DNA of 64,000 nt from positions 66,404,001 to 66,468,000 of the forward strand of contig CM059438.1 in the NCBI GenBank assembly GCA_030390025.1, in the 5' to 3' direction. The notes beneath the pieces were generated by a model. It saw only the letters and a list, made by a program, of their open reading frames with translations, made no database searches and had not been told where the DNA came from. The stretch comes from Squalus acanthias. Lineage: Eukaryota. Each line of letters begins with the position of its first letter. Position 1 is the stretch's first letter. Positions 23,320 through 35,600 of this stretch are shown piece after piece. A program made the translations under genes and the position numbers.

Positions 23320-24229
23320 GGTGGAAAAATTCAGTATGTTGCGCCTCCCGTTAGGACCTTAAGAGGACGCTAATGGGGCGCAAAGCAACTAGCGCCCGGG
23401 CGCGGCGATGTTTGCGCCGCTCGCGAAATTAACTAGACATTTTGCGGCGGCGCTAAACAGTACCGACACGATCTCCTGCGCCGGCAGATCGTGACGTCAG
23501 TCGAGTGCGCAACGCCCCGGTAGTGCCCCGGTAGTGCCCCGGAGTGGATATTGAGTGGCGCCCCCTGCCTTACCGCCTGCCGCTAGCAAAGACAGGTTGA
23601 GGGGAGCGTTTTGCAGTCAGGAAGGGACTGGGGGAGCACTATTTAAAGGCGACCGCTTCCTGCCTTTTTTTGTTGGTGACATTTTTGAACCACGCATTCT
23701 GAGAGAGAGAGAGAGAGAGAGAGACTTCTGGAGAGATTCAACGCTGTGTGAAGGAGTTTTGGGTGCTGAGCAGCACTTTGCAGGTTCATTTTGATTTGCC
23801 CTTCCTTGCATCTATTTAGAAGAGACTGTGGGGACTGCACTCTGAGCTCTTTCCCTGGGTCTCTCCATTGTTCTTTCCAGCAGATTTGATGTACAGGTCT
23901 CTCCAGGCCGAGATTCAAGGCTGCAATGAGCAGGATGTGGATGGAAAGCAAGATCAACCCTCCCCTTTAAGAACTGTCTGGGGCCATTGTGTCTGTGTTC
24001 CATTGCTGACTGACATCACATGAGCTTCGCCAGCGCTCTGAGTTAGCGCCTCGCTCCTCAGCCTTTGCGCCTTAAGACAGATGTGTAGCGCCTGATTTAG
24101 CGCTCCAATCACCTCCAGGGGCAATAAAAGTCAAATTTGCAGTCGGAGGCGATAATTAGCGGCAGGCGCTAATCTTTGCACCCAGCCGATAATTGCGCCC
24201 CAAACGGGGCGATACTGAATTTTTCCCCC
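23320..24229. mobile_element. Harbinger non-autonomous element (910 bp)
   Basis: GGTGGAAAAATTC / GAATTTTTCCCCC with TTA TSD; removal restores ctgttaatctctaac. Confidence 0.92.
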
Positions 24230-25634
24230 TTAATCTCTAACTTCTTCCAGTTCTGGTGAAAGGCCATCGACCTGAAACGTTGACTCTGCTTCTCTCTCCA
24301 CAGATGCTGCCTGACCTGCTGTGTGTTTTCCAGCACTTTCTGTTTCTATTTCATATTTCCAGCAGCCTTTTGCTTTTGCTACATGATGCAAGCTTTGCTA
24401 TTTGACTTCTGATGACACCTGAACCCTTCGATAGCATCATTATATCAAAAGCCTCTCAGCCCGTTATGTTCTGCATATAATGGAGCTTTTTTTTAACTTA
24501 ACTGCAGCAAAGATACTTTAGGTGCGAAAGAATCTCTGAGCTGGCCAAGATGTGGTCTTGACTGTCAGAAATCTTCATGACTAGTTCTTTTATTTTCATC
24601 CAAGCAGGTAACCAAAGGCCGGGGCTACTTGGAGATTGTAATTTTGATTGAAGGATAAAGAGTCTGTTTAACTGCAAGAAAAACAAATGATGCAAAGGAT
24701 GAAGTGCTTCAATGAATGTACGTGGTCACAGATTCCAACTGGCTGGAATTGCAGGCTTGCAAGCATTTCCTGAAAACGAGCCTGAATATAGAGCCACAGT
24801 TTTTTCCCCGCAGTTTCCCTAAGAAGTGCACGAGGAGTTAAGCACATTATATAAATTGCCAGCATTACAAACAGTTGCCTCAGACCTCATTTTTGTGCTT
24901 AAAATTGCCTCAGGCAGCATATGCTCGACACAGCAAGGAATCCTCTCCAGTACCTGCTGAGTAACACCTGCAAGCTCTCTGCAAATTGCTGCTCGACTAC
25001 TTCAGAGATTAATGCACGGAGAAACAAACTGGTAAGCAATTTAAACCTTGGCTGCTGAAGTTAGCAATTTTTTACTCAGTCAGTGCAAGTACATAATTAG
25101 AAAGAGCAGCTGGGTTATTGAATAAATAAGAAATTTATGATTATGAATGTTCATTACCAGGCGCTGAGCTTGTTAACAAGGATTATGGCCCTCTCCATTA
25201 ATTAAAAGTTGATTTTCTTTTTCGTATTCGATTATCTGACTATTAGTGAATATTAATATTAACATTCTTCTGGGTTGCTTTGTGAAATCACAGTTAAGAC
25301 GGATGATGCTGAGAAGTGTGCCTTGAATCAAATGAAGAATGATTGGCCTTCAGAGTCAGCTATGTGACAATGAGGGAAGGCAAGTGTATTAAATTCCCTT
25401 GTCCGCAGTATTAATGGAGGTGTTGATTTGTTTATTTAAAGGCATCGTCTCTATTTTGATCATGTTCTAATAAAGAGTATCTTTGGTGACCTTACTAATT
25501 AAGACTGCTGTGTTGCATTGTTGGGGCATGCCTGAAACAAGTTGGCTTTTGACGTAGAAACTGTTGGAGATCCACAACAGGTTGGTCAGCATTCCAAAGA
25601 GTAATTTAGGTGAATGGTTCAGGTTGGCCCTGTC

Positions 25635-26052
25635 GACTAGGCCTGTATTCACTAGAGTTTAGAAGAATGAGAGGGGATCTCATTGAAATGTATAAAATTC
25701 TGACAGGGCTAGACAGACTGGATGCAGGGAGGATGGGCTGGGGTATCTCGAACGAGGGGTCACAGTCTTAGGATACAGGGTAGGACATTTAGGACTGAGA
25801 TGAGAAATTTCTTCACTCAGAGGGTGGTGAACCTGTGGAATTCTCTACCACAGAAGGCTGTGGAGGCCAAGTCACTGAATATATTTAAGAAGGAGATAGA
25901 TAGATTTCTAGACACAAAAGGCGTCAAGGGGTATGGGGAGAGAGCGGGAATATGGTATTGAGATAGAGGATCAGCCATGATGATATTGAATGGCAGAGCA
26001 GGCTCGAAGGGCCGAATGGCCTACTCCTGCTCCTATTTTTCTATGTTATATG
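25635..26052 (+). mobile_element. CR1 3' fragment
   Basis: SRTRGHSLRIQG..FFTQRVVNLWNSLP..KGYGERAG plus 3' UTR. Confidence 0.92.
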
Positions 26053-26717
26053 TTTCCATGTTTCATCAGAAAAGATCTTTTCCGTTTCCGATGCTCACCA
26101 GCCTGCTGTGTATTTCTGCCACGTTGTAATTCCAGCATTCGTAGTTTCTCATTGTATCCCTGGCAGCCAACTATTGTTCTGCAAAATCCAGAAGGCTTTT
26201 CCAAGTCTGTCACAACACCCTGGCGCACTTCAATAATTTCCACTTTCGTTTTCAATCATCTTAACTGGAGCAATGTTAGCTGCATGCATTTTAATGACGA
26301 TTCTGCTTCATCGCCTGTTGGTTCTGAAAATGATATATAAATTATCTCATCGCACCACATATTGTGTAACTTGAAACTCTGCCGATTATGAACCTCTGAT
26401 GCGAGATCATGCCATGTTATTCTGCTGCACCTGTGATGTAGCATTGGGAGCAGCCTCCCTGTATGTGCCACTGTCGCTCACAGATCCAATCGTCGGCCAT
26501 TTTCACCACACAGAAGTGACACTTTAGGGAAGCACCTTGTTGCTAATTTAAATAAAATAGCAGATGGTCTGCGTATCAGAGACAGCAACAGATTCAAAGT
26601 GACAATCTTCACCATAACACGGCTTTATGCTGGGGACCTTCAAGTTTGCACTGTATACAAGAAGAGCAGGGTGTTAGATCATTTGTGACGGCTTAGTATA
26701 AACATTAGTTCTTTCTG

Positions 26718-27072
26718 CAAAAAGCAAAACAGTGCGGATGCTGGAAATCTGAAATAAAGACAGAGAAAGCTGTAAATGCTCAGCAGGTCAGGCAGAGAGA
26801 AAGAGTTAATGTTTCAGGTCGATGGCCTTTCGTCAGAACTGGATGTTAGAGATGTAACAGGTTTTAAGCAAGTGCAGGGGCAGGGAAAGGGGAGAGGGAG
26901 TGAGGAAAGAACAAAGGGGAGGGCCTGTGAGAGGGTGGAAGGCAGGAGGGATTAAATGACAAAAGGGATGATGGTGCGAGGTAAAAGGGGGTGGTAATGG
27001 GACAAGTAAAGAAACAAAAGATGGGTCTAGAAGAGGTGTAAATGGGAATGGCAGAATCGGCACCTGCTGTCA
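26718..27072 (-). mobile_element. Penelope family-2 terminal repeat fragment (single arm with tail)
   Basis: aaaagcaaaacagtgcggatgctggaaatctgaaataaa leader; body homologous to 22152-23170. Confidence 0.85.
26804..26840 (-). ncRNA. Minimal hammerhead ribozyme motif (family 2, slightly decayed)
   Basis: Minus strand AGTT-CTGACGA-a-AGGCC-atc-GACCT-GAAA-CA-TT-AACT; one stem II mismatch and broken palindrome. Confidence 0.65.
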
Positions 27073-27217
27073 AACTCTTTCTGCCTTTACTACTTTGGAA
27101 ATTTCAAAATCTGTGTTGTTACTAATATATAATAATCACACAATGTTTGACTCTTGTTCCAAGTGATTTGAGAAAATGCTGGTTTAGCCGCTATTAAAGA
27201 TTGGTAGAATTCATATA

Positions 27218-27452
27218 TAAGAACATAAGAAATAGGAGCAGGAGCAGGCCAATCGACCCTTCGAGCCTGCTCCGCCATTCAATAAGATCATGGCTGATCT
27301 GATCCTCACCTCAAATCTAAAGAACACAAGAAGTAGGAGCAGGACCCGGCCACTCAGCCCCTGGGCCCGCTACGCCACCCACAGGGCCTCGACCGATCCG
27401 AACTCAGCCTCATGTCCAATTTCCTGCCCGCTCCCCGTAACCCCTAATTCCC
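27218..27452 (-). mobile_element. CR1 3' end with two tandem 3' UTR modules
   Basis: taagaacataagaaataggagcagg...gatctgatcctc followed by aagaacacaagaagtaggagcagg...gatccgaactc and the ORF2 end. Confidence 0.8.
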
Positions 27453-28054
27453 TATGTTATATATTGTTTCAGGAAACCCTGGTGATTCTGTTTTATGGGG
27501 TGAGGGGAGCGGGGGGAAGGAGTGAGGTTCCCCCTCTGTGGCAAGTGAGTTCATGTTGGAATCAACGGTGAACAATTTGCTCTTAAATTGAGGAATTGTC
27601 TTTTTGTGGTTCAATCTGGATAACTTTGCTTGATTTTATTTTAAGAAGAAAATTGCTGAGTAAATCTGAGGCAGAGTTGATCATGTGGTAATTGGAATGT
27701 GTGAAAAGGACTGAGAAGTTGGCACTTCATTGGACGCCAGAGCTTGAAAGTTTTTAAAATTTCCAAAATGAGACTGGCTTTCGGACGTGTCGCTGTCATT
27801 GCCAGCAACAAGCACGTGACAAAGCACAACACTGCGCCTTCGACAGTAAATCCTGGGAAAGTATCTCTGGTATATGTGCCAGGCCGAATCGGAAATGTAT
27901 GACTTCCACCGAGAACTGGGGATGTACTGAGCAATCGAGTTTCTCGCCCAGATATTTAGGTGCGCCCATTTTTGAGCGCAGGCTGCATTCCCTGGACTTG
28001 AATGGTGAGGCCCAGACCTCGGGACACATTTTAATGGAACTGATGTTGCAACAG

Positions 28055-28517
28055 AAAAGAATGACTTGCATTTATATAGCGCCTTTCACGACCTCAGGAT
28101 GTCCTAAAGCGCTTTACAGCCAATGAAGTACTTTTGAAGTGGAGTCACTGTTGGAATGTGGGAAACACGCAGCCAATTTGCACACAGCAAGCTCCCACAA
28201 ACAGCAATGTGAAAATGTCCAGATAATCTGTTTTAGTGATGTTGATTGAGGGTTAAGTATTGGCCAGGACACCAGGGAGAACTGCCCTGCTCTTCTTTGA
28301 AATAGTGGCCATGGGATCTTTTACGTCCAACTGAAAAAGCAGATGGGGCCTCGGTTTGACGTCTCATCTGAAAGACGGCACCTCCGACAGTGCGGCACTC
28401 CCTCAGTACTGCACTGGAGTGTCAGTCTAGATTTTTGTGCTCAAGTCTGGAGTGGGACTTGAACCCACAACCTTCTGAGTCAGAGGCAAGAGTGCCACCA
28501 ACTGAGCTACAGCTGAC
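28055..28517 (-). mobile_element. tRNA-headed DeuSINE (SacSINE1-like), full length
   Basis: Minus-strand head ctcagttggtggcactcttgcctctgactcagaaggttgtgggttcaagtcccactcc (A/B boxes); L2-like tail aaaggcgctatataaatgcaagtc. Confidence 0.85.
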
Positions 28518-28577
28518 AGAACTCACTGGTGAAGAGTAGTGGAAAATCAGGCCACAGCTAATGTCACAGCGACCCAT

Positions 28578-29020
28578 AAAGAAAGAAAGAAAGACTTGCA
28601 TTTATATAGCGCCTTTCACGACCACCGGACGTCTCAAAGCGCTTTACAGCCAATGAAGTACTTTTGAAGTGGAGTCACTGTTGTAATGTGGGAAATGTGG
28701 CAGCCAATTTGCGCACAGCAAGCTCCCACAAACAGAAATGTGATGATGACCAGATAATCTGTTTTTGTTATGTTGGTTTAGGGATAAATATTGGCCAGGA
28801 CACCGGGGATAACTTCCATACTCTTCTTCAAAATAGTGCCATGGGATCTCTTACGTCCACCTGAGAGAGCAGACAGGGCATCGGTTTAACGTCTCATCTG
28901 AAAGACGGCACCTCCGACAGTGCAGCGCTCCCTCAGCTCTGCACTGGAGTGTCAGCCTAGCTTTATGTGCTCAAGTCTCTGGAGTGGGACTGTGAACCCA
29001 CAACCTTCTGACTCAGAGGT
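28578..29020 (-). mobile_element. DeuSINE (SacSINE1-like), tandem second copy
   Basis: Same sequence as 28055-28517 with (AAAG)n tail; head cut at about 29020. Confidence 0.85.
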
Positions 29021-32013
29021 AAATGGGGCTGGGGTTGGGTTCAGGATTGGGGCAAGTTGCTGGGGGTCGGGCTGTGCATTGGGACCGGGGGAGTCAGGAT
29101 TGGAAGGAAGGGAACGTTTGGCTGGGGAGCATGAGGCGGGGCTGGGTGCGGGGGAGATCGGGGGGGGAGATCGTGGGGTGGGGCGGGGGGGTTCGGATCT
29201 TATGTGGGGTCGGGAAGAGCACTACTGCTTCTCCTGGCTCCACATTCAGGTAAGTTACTTACCTTCCTTGTTGGCAAGCGATCGGTAGGCTTGCTTTCCC
29301 TGAGTGCAGTCAGTGATGGCGCTGGCTGCACTCAGTGCAAACCAATCTTGGAGAAGGGTCCTCAAACAGGCGCCAGGCCCTTTATTTGCATATGCAAAGA
29401 GCCTCGCGCTTGTTTTGGGCATAGTTAAAGGATGCCTCATTTTGTAAGGCCCCAGTATGGCGAGCGTCGCACTTAGATACATAGATACATAGAAGATAGG
29501 AGCAGGAGTAGGCCATCCGGCCCTTCGAGCCTGCTCCGCCATTTAATGAGATCATGGCTGATCCTCCAATTCAGTATCCCGTCCCCGCCTTCTCTCCGTA
29601 ACCCTTAACCCCTTTTGCATGTAGAAATATATCTAATTCCCTCTTAAATATATTTAATGAGCTGGCATACACTGCCCTCTGTGGCAATGAGTTCCACAGG
29701 TTCACCACCCTCTGAGTGAAGAAATTCCCCCTCATTTCTGTCCTAAATGGTTTAGCCCTTATCCTTAAATTATGTCCTCTAGTTCTGTTCTCACCCGCCA
29801 AGGGAAACATTCCTTCTGCATCTAGTCTGTCTAGACCTGTCAGAATTTTATACACTTCTATGAGGTCCCCTCTCAATCTTCTAAACTCCAGTGTGTACAT
29901 CCCTAAACTACATAGTCTCTCCTCATAGGTCAATCCCGCCATTCCTGGTATCAGCCTGGTGAATCGCCGCTGCACCCCCTCCATGGCAAGAACATCTTTC
30001 CTCAGATGAGGCGACCAAAACTGTACACAGTACTCGAGGTGTGGTCTCACCAGTGCCCTGTACAGCTGCAGCAAGGTATCCCTGTTCCTGTATTCCAACC
30101 CTTTTGCTATGAAGGCCAGCATACCGTTTGCCTTCTTGACCGCCTGTTGCACCTGCATGCTCGCCTTCAGTGACTGGTGTACAAGAACACCCAGGTCTCT
30201 CTGTACTTCCCCCTCTCCCAATTTATTGCCATTTAAATAATAATTTGCCCTCCCGTTCCTGCACCCAAGGTGGATAACTTCGCACTTGTCTACATTATAG
30301 TGCATCTGCCATTTATCCGCCCAATCACCCAGTCTGTCCAAATCGCTCTGGAGCTTCCTGGTCTCCTCCTCTGAGCCCACCCCCCCTCCTAGTTTAGTGT
30401 CGTCTGCAAATTTGGAAATGCTGCATCCGACTCCCTGATCCAGGTCATTAATGTAAATTGTGAACAGCTGGGGACCCAGGACAGATCCCTGTGGTACCCC
30501 ACTTGTTACTGCCTGCCATTCAGAAAATGAGCCGTTTATTCCAACTCTCTGTTTTCTATCCACGTCAATACTTTCCCCTTTATCCCATGAGCTTCAATTT
30601 TCCATGCTAATCTTTTATGTGGGACCTTATCGAAGGCCTTTTGGAAGTCCAGGTACACCACATCTACTGGCTCTCCCCCATCTATTTTACCAGTTACTCC
30701 CTCAAAAAATTCCAATAGATTAGTCAAGCACGATTTACCCTTTGTAAATCCATGTTGACTCTGTCCTATCCTGTCCCCATTTGCTAAGTGCTCCGCTATT
30801 TCATCCTTAATGATGGACTCCAGCATTTTGCCCACAACTGATGTAAGGCTTACAGGTCTGTAATTACCTGCTTTTTCCCTACCCCCCTTTTTGAATAGTG
30901 GGGTAACGTTAGCTACCCTCCAATCCATGGGCACTGTTCCCGAGTCTAATGAATTCTGAAAAATCATACTTAGTGCATCCGCTATCTCTAGGGCCACCTC
31001 CTTCAGTACCCTAGGATGCATGTTATCAGGCCCTGGGGATTTGTCCGCCTTCAATCCCTTTAGCTTCCTTAACACCATATCCTTAGAGATATTGATTTGC
31101 GTCAGTTCCTCCTTTGCCAATGTCCCTATTTTTCCCGATATCCCAGGGAGGTTTTTTGTGTCTTCCTTCGTAAAGACTGACCCAAAGTATGCATTTAGTT
31201 GGTCTGCCATTTCCTTATTTCCCGTTATATATTCCCCCGTATCTGACTGCAATGGACCAACTTTGGTTTTCACCAGTCTTTTCCTCTTGATATACTTATA
31301 AAAGCTTTTGGAGTTAGTTTTTATATTTTCCGCCAGCTTGCTTTCGTAAGCTATTTTGCCCCTCTTGATTAAGCCCTTTGTCCTCCTTTGCTCTATCTTA
31401 AACTGTTCCCAATCTTCCGTTCTGGCGCTTTTTTTGGCTATTTTATACGCCCTATCTTTGGATTTTATGCTGTCTCTAATTTCCCCTGTTATCCACGGTT
31501 GAGTCACCTTTTTAGATTTCCTTTTATGCCAGATTGGTATAAACAATTTTTGCAATTTTGTCATTCTATCTTTAAATGCTTGCCATTGTTTATCTACCTC
31601 CAGTCCTCCCAGGAACGTTGTCCAATCAGACCTACTCAGTTCCCGTCTAATGGCATCATAATTCCCCTTGTTTAAATTCAGGACCTTAGTCTCTGAGTCA
31701 ATTTCTTCGCTCTCCATTTCGAGTGAGAAATCGATCATGTTATGATCGCTCTGACCCAAGGGTCCCCGTACAACAAGATTACTAATTAGTCCCTTCTCAT
31801 TGCACAGTACCCAGTCCAATATAGCCTGTTCCCGAGTTGGTTCCTCGACATATTGATCCAGATAACCATCCCTTAAACACTCAAGGAATTCCTCCTCCTC
31901 ATTATTTTTACTGATTATTTTTCCGGCCGGAAATGTGCGGACGCTTCCTGCCCGCCATATCGAAACTTGAGTAGTCCGTGTAACCCCTTAAAAATGGACC
32001 AATTGCTAGGCCC
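29021..32013. mobile_element. Partial G-rich Harbinger-type MITE interrupted by a CR1
   Basis: 29021-29470 resembles 10500-10900; TIR-like end aattgctaggccc at about 32001-32013. Confidence 0.5.
29474..31923 (-). mobile_element. Young 5'-truncated CR1 LINE; ORF2 open except one frameshift at about 30560
   Basis: 427-aa and 330-aa ORFs with YRPVSLTS, YLDFQKAFDKVPH, SGVPQGSVLGP, KFADDTKL; (TATGTATC)n tail. Confidence 0.97.
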
Positions 32014-32352
32014 TTTTCTCTTCCTGTCGCCTACAGAACATGATCCCCATCCCATGTTGTGTCGCTGGTCCCATAAAAGTGATCAGTTTATAACGACACC
32101 AAAAAGAAAGAACCCTCCTGCCTATAAAGGGTATTGGATCACTCTGCCTGAATACCCCATACAGTCACATCTAAAATGGTCCTTAGTCCTTCATACAGGT
32201 ACATTTAACAAACTCAACATGTTAGTGCATGATATTTAACCCATGAACTCTCATTCTTCGCTCAGTGGGTAGCACTCTCGCCTCTGAGTTAGAAGGTTGT
32301 GGGGTCAAGCCCCATTCCAGAGACTTTAGCACATACTCTAGGCTGACACTTC

Positions 32353-32610
32353 GGGGGCGATTTTAACCCTACTCGCTCAGCAGAAACTTGGCGGGTGGGC
32401 AGTTAAAATCGCCCTGGCTCTTGCCTGTCTGAAGGCCGCCATGATCGCAACATCTGCAATTCTAACCTGCTCTCCTGAGCAGGCAGCAAGGACACGTGCC
32501 AACAGGGTCCTTCTTTACATATGCATCATGTGGCCCGATGACATTGAGACCAGACTGTAATTTTAACTCAGGCCTGAGTGGAGAATCCGCCTGGAGTTAA
32601 AATCGGGGCT
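32353..32610. mobile_element. Short Harbinger-type MITE
   Basis: GGGGGCGATTTTAA / TTAAAATCGGGGC ends; repeated ttaaaatcg motifs. Confidence 0.6.
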
Positions 32611-32632
32611 GAAGTTCATTGCAGTACTGAGG

Positions 32633-35600
32633 GGCCGGAATCTTTACCTTGGAGTCAGGTCGGGTGCGTGCAGGCTGCGTAGTGGGTCAGGAACCCAAAG
32701 ATTTGAACAGCGAGTTCTACACTGGGCGTTTAACCCAACTCAAAGACTCGTGTGCATTTCCCGGCCCAATGAAATGGAGCGGGTCTGATGACGTCGCCGA
32801 TGACTCGTTTTCTGCGCGGATATTTAAAGCAGCCTTGTACACATCTCATTTGAAGGTTGTTGTAGGAGTGTAGAAGTTGGTTTCAAGAGCTCTAAGTTAC
32901 AGAATAAGACTGTCAAATCTTTGGATCATGCAGACAAGACGGAGGGCTGCGCCAAGATTCACAGATGCCTGCTTGAAAGTGCTGGTGCAGGTAGTAAGAG
33001 CACACAGGGAGGTCCTCTTCCCTGGGGATGGATGAAAACGACCAGTCAAAGAGACAAAAAGGGCATGGCTAGAGATCGCAGCAGAGGTCAGCAACAGGGA
33101 TGTTGTGAGAAGGACATGGATCCAGTGCCACAAGACGTTCAATGATCTCATGAGGTCAGGAAAGGTGAGTGCAATGCCACACTCACCTTCATCCTGATGT
33201 GCCTGTCACCACATCCCCATCACTCTGCCTTCCCAAACCTACTCCTGCACATCACTCCTCACACCAACCTACCTTTCAGGTCCACTCATCCCTCTCTGTC
33301 TATGTACCCACTCACACCACCACTGACACTCATCCTCATCCTTCTGCAATCATAGCAAGTAACACCACAGAAGGAGGTCATTTGGCAATGTCACACTGAA
33401 GGGATAATTACTAGTCCTAGCCCCTTTAGGGCTACCCCAGATCAGGCGTATTCCTCAGACGTTCACTTTCAACTAAAGTTTGAGGTAGCCGAATCCTAAA
33501 GACGCTTAATTGGGTCTGAGGGTCCAGACTATCTCTCCCTAAAGGAAAGGAACAACCTGAAAATGTTACCGTCCTCCAGATAGCACTTTTAATAAGTTTA
33601 GCTAGATTGTAATGTTCCGGATATTATGAGGGTCCGGAAAACTCCCCCAGAATTCTACAACTCCTCACCAAAGAGTGTACAGAGATTGAGTTCACGAGTT
33701 TGATACAGAGGTCTTATGTGAGACAATTCTAAAAATATATAGATTTATTAAAGAACCGACATGTAATTTACAGTTGGTGAGCCAATCGCAACATTAACAG
33801 TTCCAAAAAGAGAAAGCTTTTTAATCTTATTATCAGAGATCCTTACTCTCAAATCTTAACTTCGCTACAGTTTTACAGTTCTTAAAGTTTATTCAGGATA
33901 TCCACCAAAATCAAATACAGCACCTTTGATCCCCAAGGTACAAAGAGTTGTAGACTTACAGAGATGCCTCTGAAGCTGAGAATCACTTTGCCCCTTTACA
34001 GCGAGTCTACTATCCCATTTGAGAGTTCAATATTTTTACCCTTTTCCAGTGGTATTTCCTTTAAGGTTTTCTGCTGATGTAAGCTAATTATCTCGTCATT
34101 TTTCTGCTGACCCATGCAATTCTTACAGTCACCTCAGTTGGTAGCATTACAGAATCGTGTCTCATCTCTAGGTGTTCTAAGTTTACCATAAAAAACGGTG
34201 TAACAGCAGGTGCGTTTTTTACTTGATATCATTTTTATGAAGGCAGATGTTTGTGCTTCTTTACGAAGTGTAAATTAGAACAGGGTGAACTATTGTCTTG
34301 TTCAAAAAGGTCAGTCTGTCAGGAGCCTTTAACCTTCTGTTTCAATAAGGTTATTGATTCAGTGTCAACAACTATCTTATCTCTATAGCCAGAATGCTAT
34401 CACAGCTTTTTCAGTTAGGTTTCTAGATTTCCAGACCCAGTTTGTCATGTTTTAATAAGGCCAGAATTCTTTCATAGAATGGTGTATTTTTCTGAATAGG
34501 TTTTATGGCTTATTCCTTCACAACTCCCTCATAATCACCCTCTACAGATATAGCCGATCCATTCCATACACATATTCCATCACTCTCACTCAAAGTTCTC
34601 TTCTTTCCCTCCATGCAGGAGAAGAGAGCGCACAACAACAGGGAGAGGCAGAGAACCGGCGGTGGCCCTCCAGTCTTCAGCCATTTGACACCAGCAGAGG
34701 AGAAGGCCCTCGAAATCTCTGGAGTTGCAGAGCTGCTGGCGGTGGGAGACAGAGAGAGGGGGACCTTCCAGCAACCTGGTGACAGAATTAAATTGCATAC
34801 AGTTACATGGTGACTGATGTCAGCAGCCAGTGTCATCATGTGCATAATGGTAGCGTTACCCATTCTTATTATAACACTTCTAATTCATCTCTTTACTCCC
34901 CCACAGGTCTATCAAGTGCCCTCCCCCCTCCCCCCCCCCACTCCCACTGTCCAGCCGGAGGAGGAAGACAACTCCTCAGAGGAAACTCCAGCCTCTGAGA
35001 GTGCAGCGTCATCAGACCCAAGCGCACCCAGCACCAGCACAGATACACACACCTCGGTGTCTCACACTTCACAAGTGAGCAAGAGCAGATGGTGTTGGCA
35101 GGGATGGCAGTGGGGACTCCTCGCCGGAGGGCGCCGGACACTCCAAGCTCTGTTGAGCTGCATGCGGATGCTTAACCTCGGGGGCCATCGAGAAAGGGCG
35201 ATCTTGGAGGGGCAGCAACAATTGCATGAGGCTGTGGCAGCTTTTGCAGCCGTGATATGTGCATATGTACAGAGCCGCAAAGCCGAGCGCCCACTCAGTA
35301 ACACCGGCTTCATCAGTGGCAAAGTGTACATAAGTGCCTGACTTGGCATCGGTCACCTGGGTGATGTATCTGTGGGCGGCCGACTGCGAGATCCTGCAAA
35401 TGTCTGCTGCAGATCCCTGGAAGGAGCCTGTGGTGAAAAAGTTGAGGGTAGTGGTGGCTTTGACAGCCACTGGTAAGACGTGTGCACCTGCTCCTCTGGG
35501 CTGCAGGTCTTGTCCCAGCAAGCTACAAATGACCGCGACGACCTGGTGCTATAGCTTGAGCCTCCTGAAGCACTGCTGTGCAGTCATGTTGAGGAAGCTC

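Larger units (their letters stand above)
22152..24378. mobile_element. Inverted Penelope family-2 insert (symmetry centre about 23170), each arm interrupted by a MITE
   Basis: Left arm aaaaacagaaaatgctggaaatactcagcagg...gggatgatggtgcaag is mirrored by cttgcaccatcatccc...ccacagatgctgcctgacctgctg; hammerhead core mutated (CTGGTGA near 24253). Confidence 0.85.

Noticed and set aside
24247..24285. Plus-strand hammerhead in the family-2 arm
   Set aside because: Core reads CTGGTGA and stems are mismatched; likely inactive. The same applies to the plus arm near 15266 and the truncated motif at 55125-55155.
26046..26500. Two short minus-strand ORFs (ITWHDLASEV; coiled-coil-like)
   Set aside because: Only a vague Myb or LINE ORF1 resemblance, no continuous frame or splice support.
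28440..28517. tRNA gene-like sequences (also 32260, 40785, 42700, 56340)
   Set aside because: They are SINE heads continuous with SINE bodies and lack a full cloverleaf and terminator.
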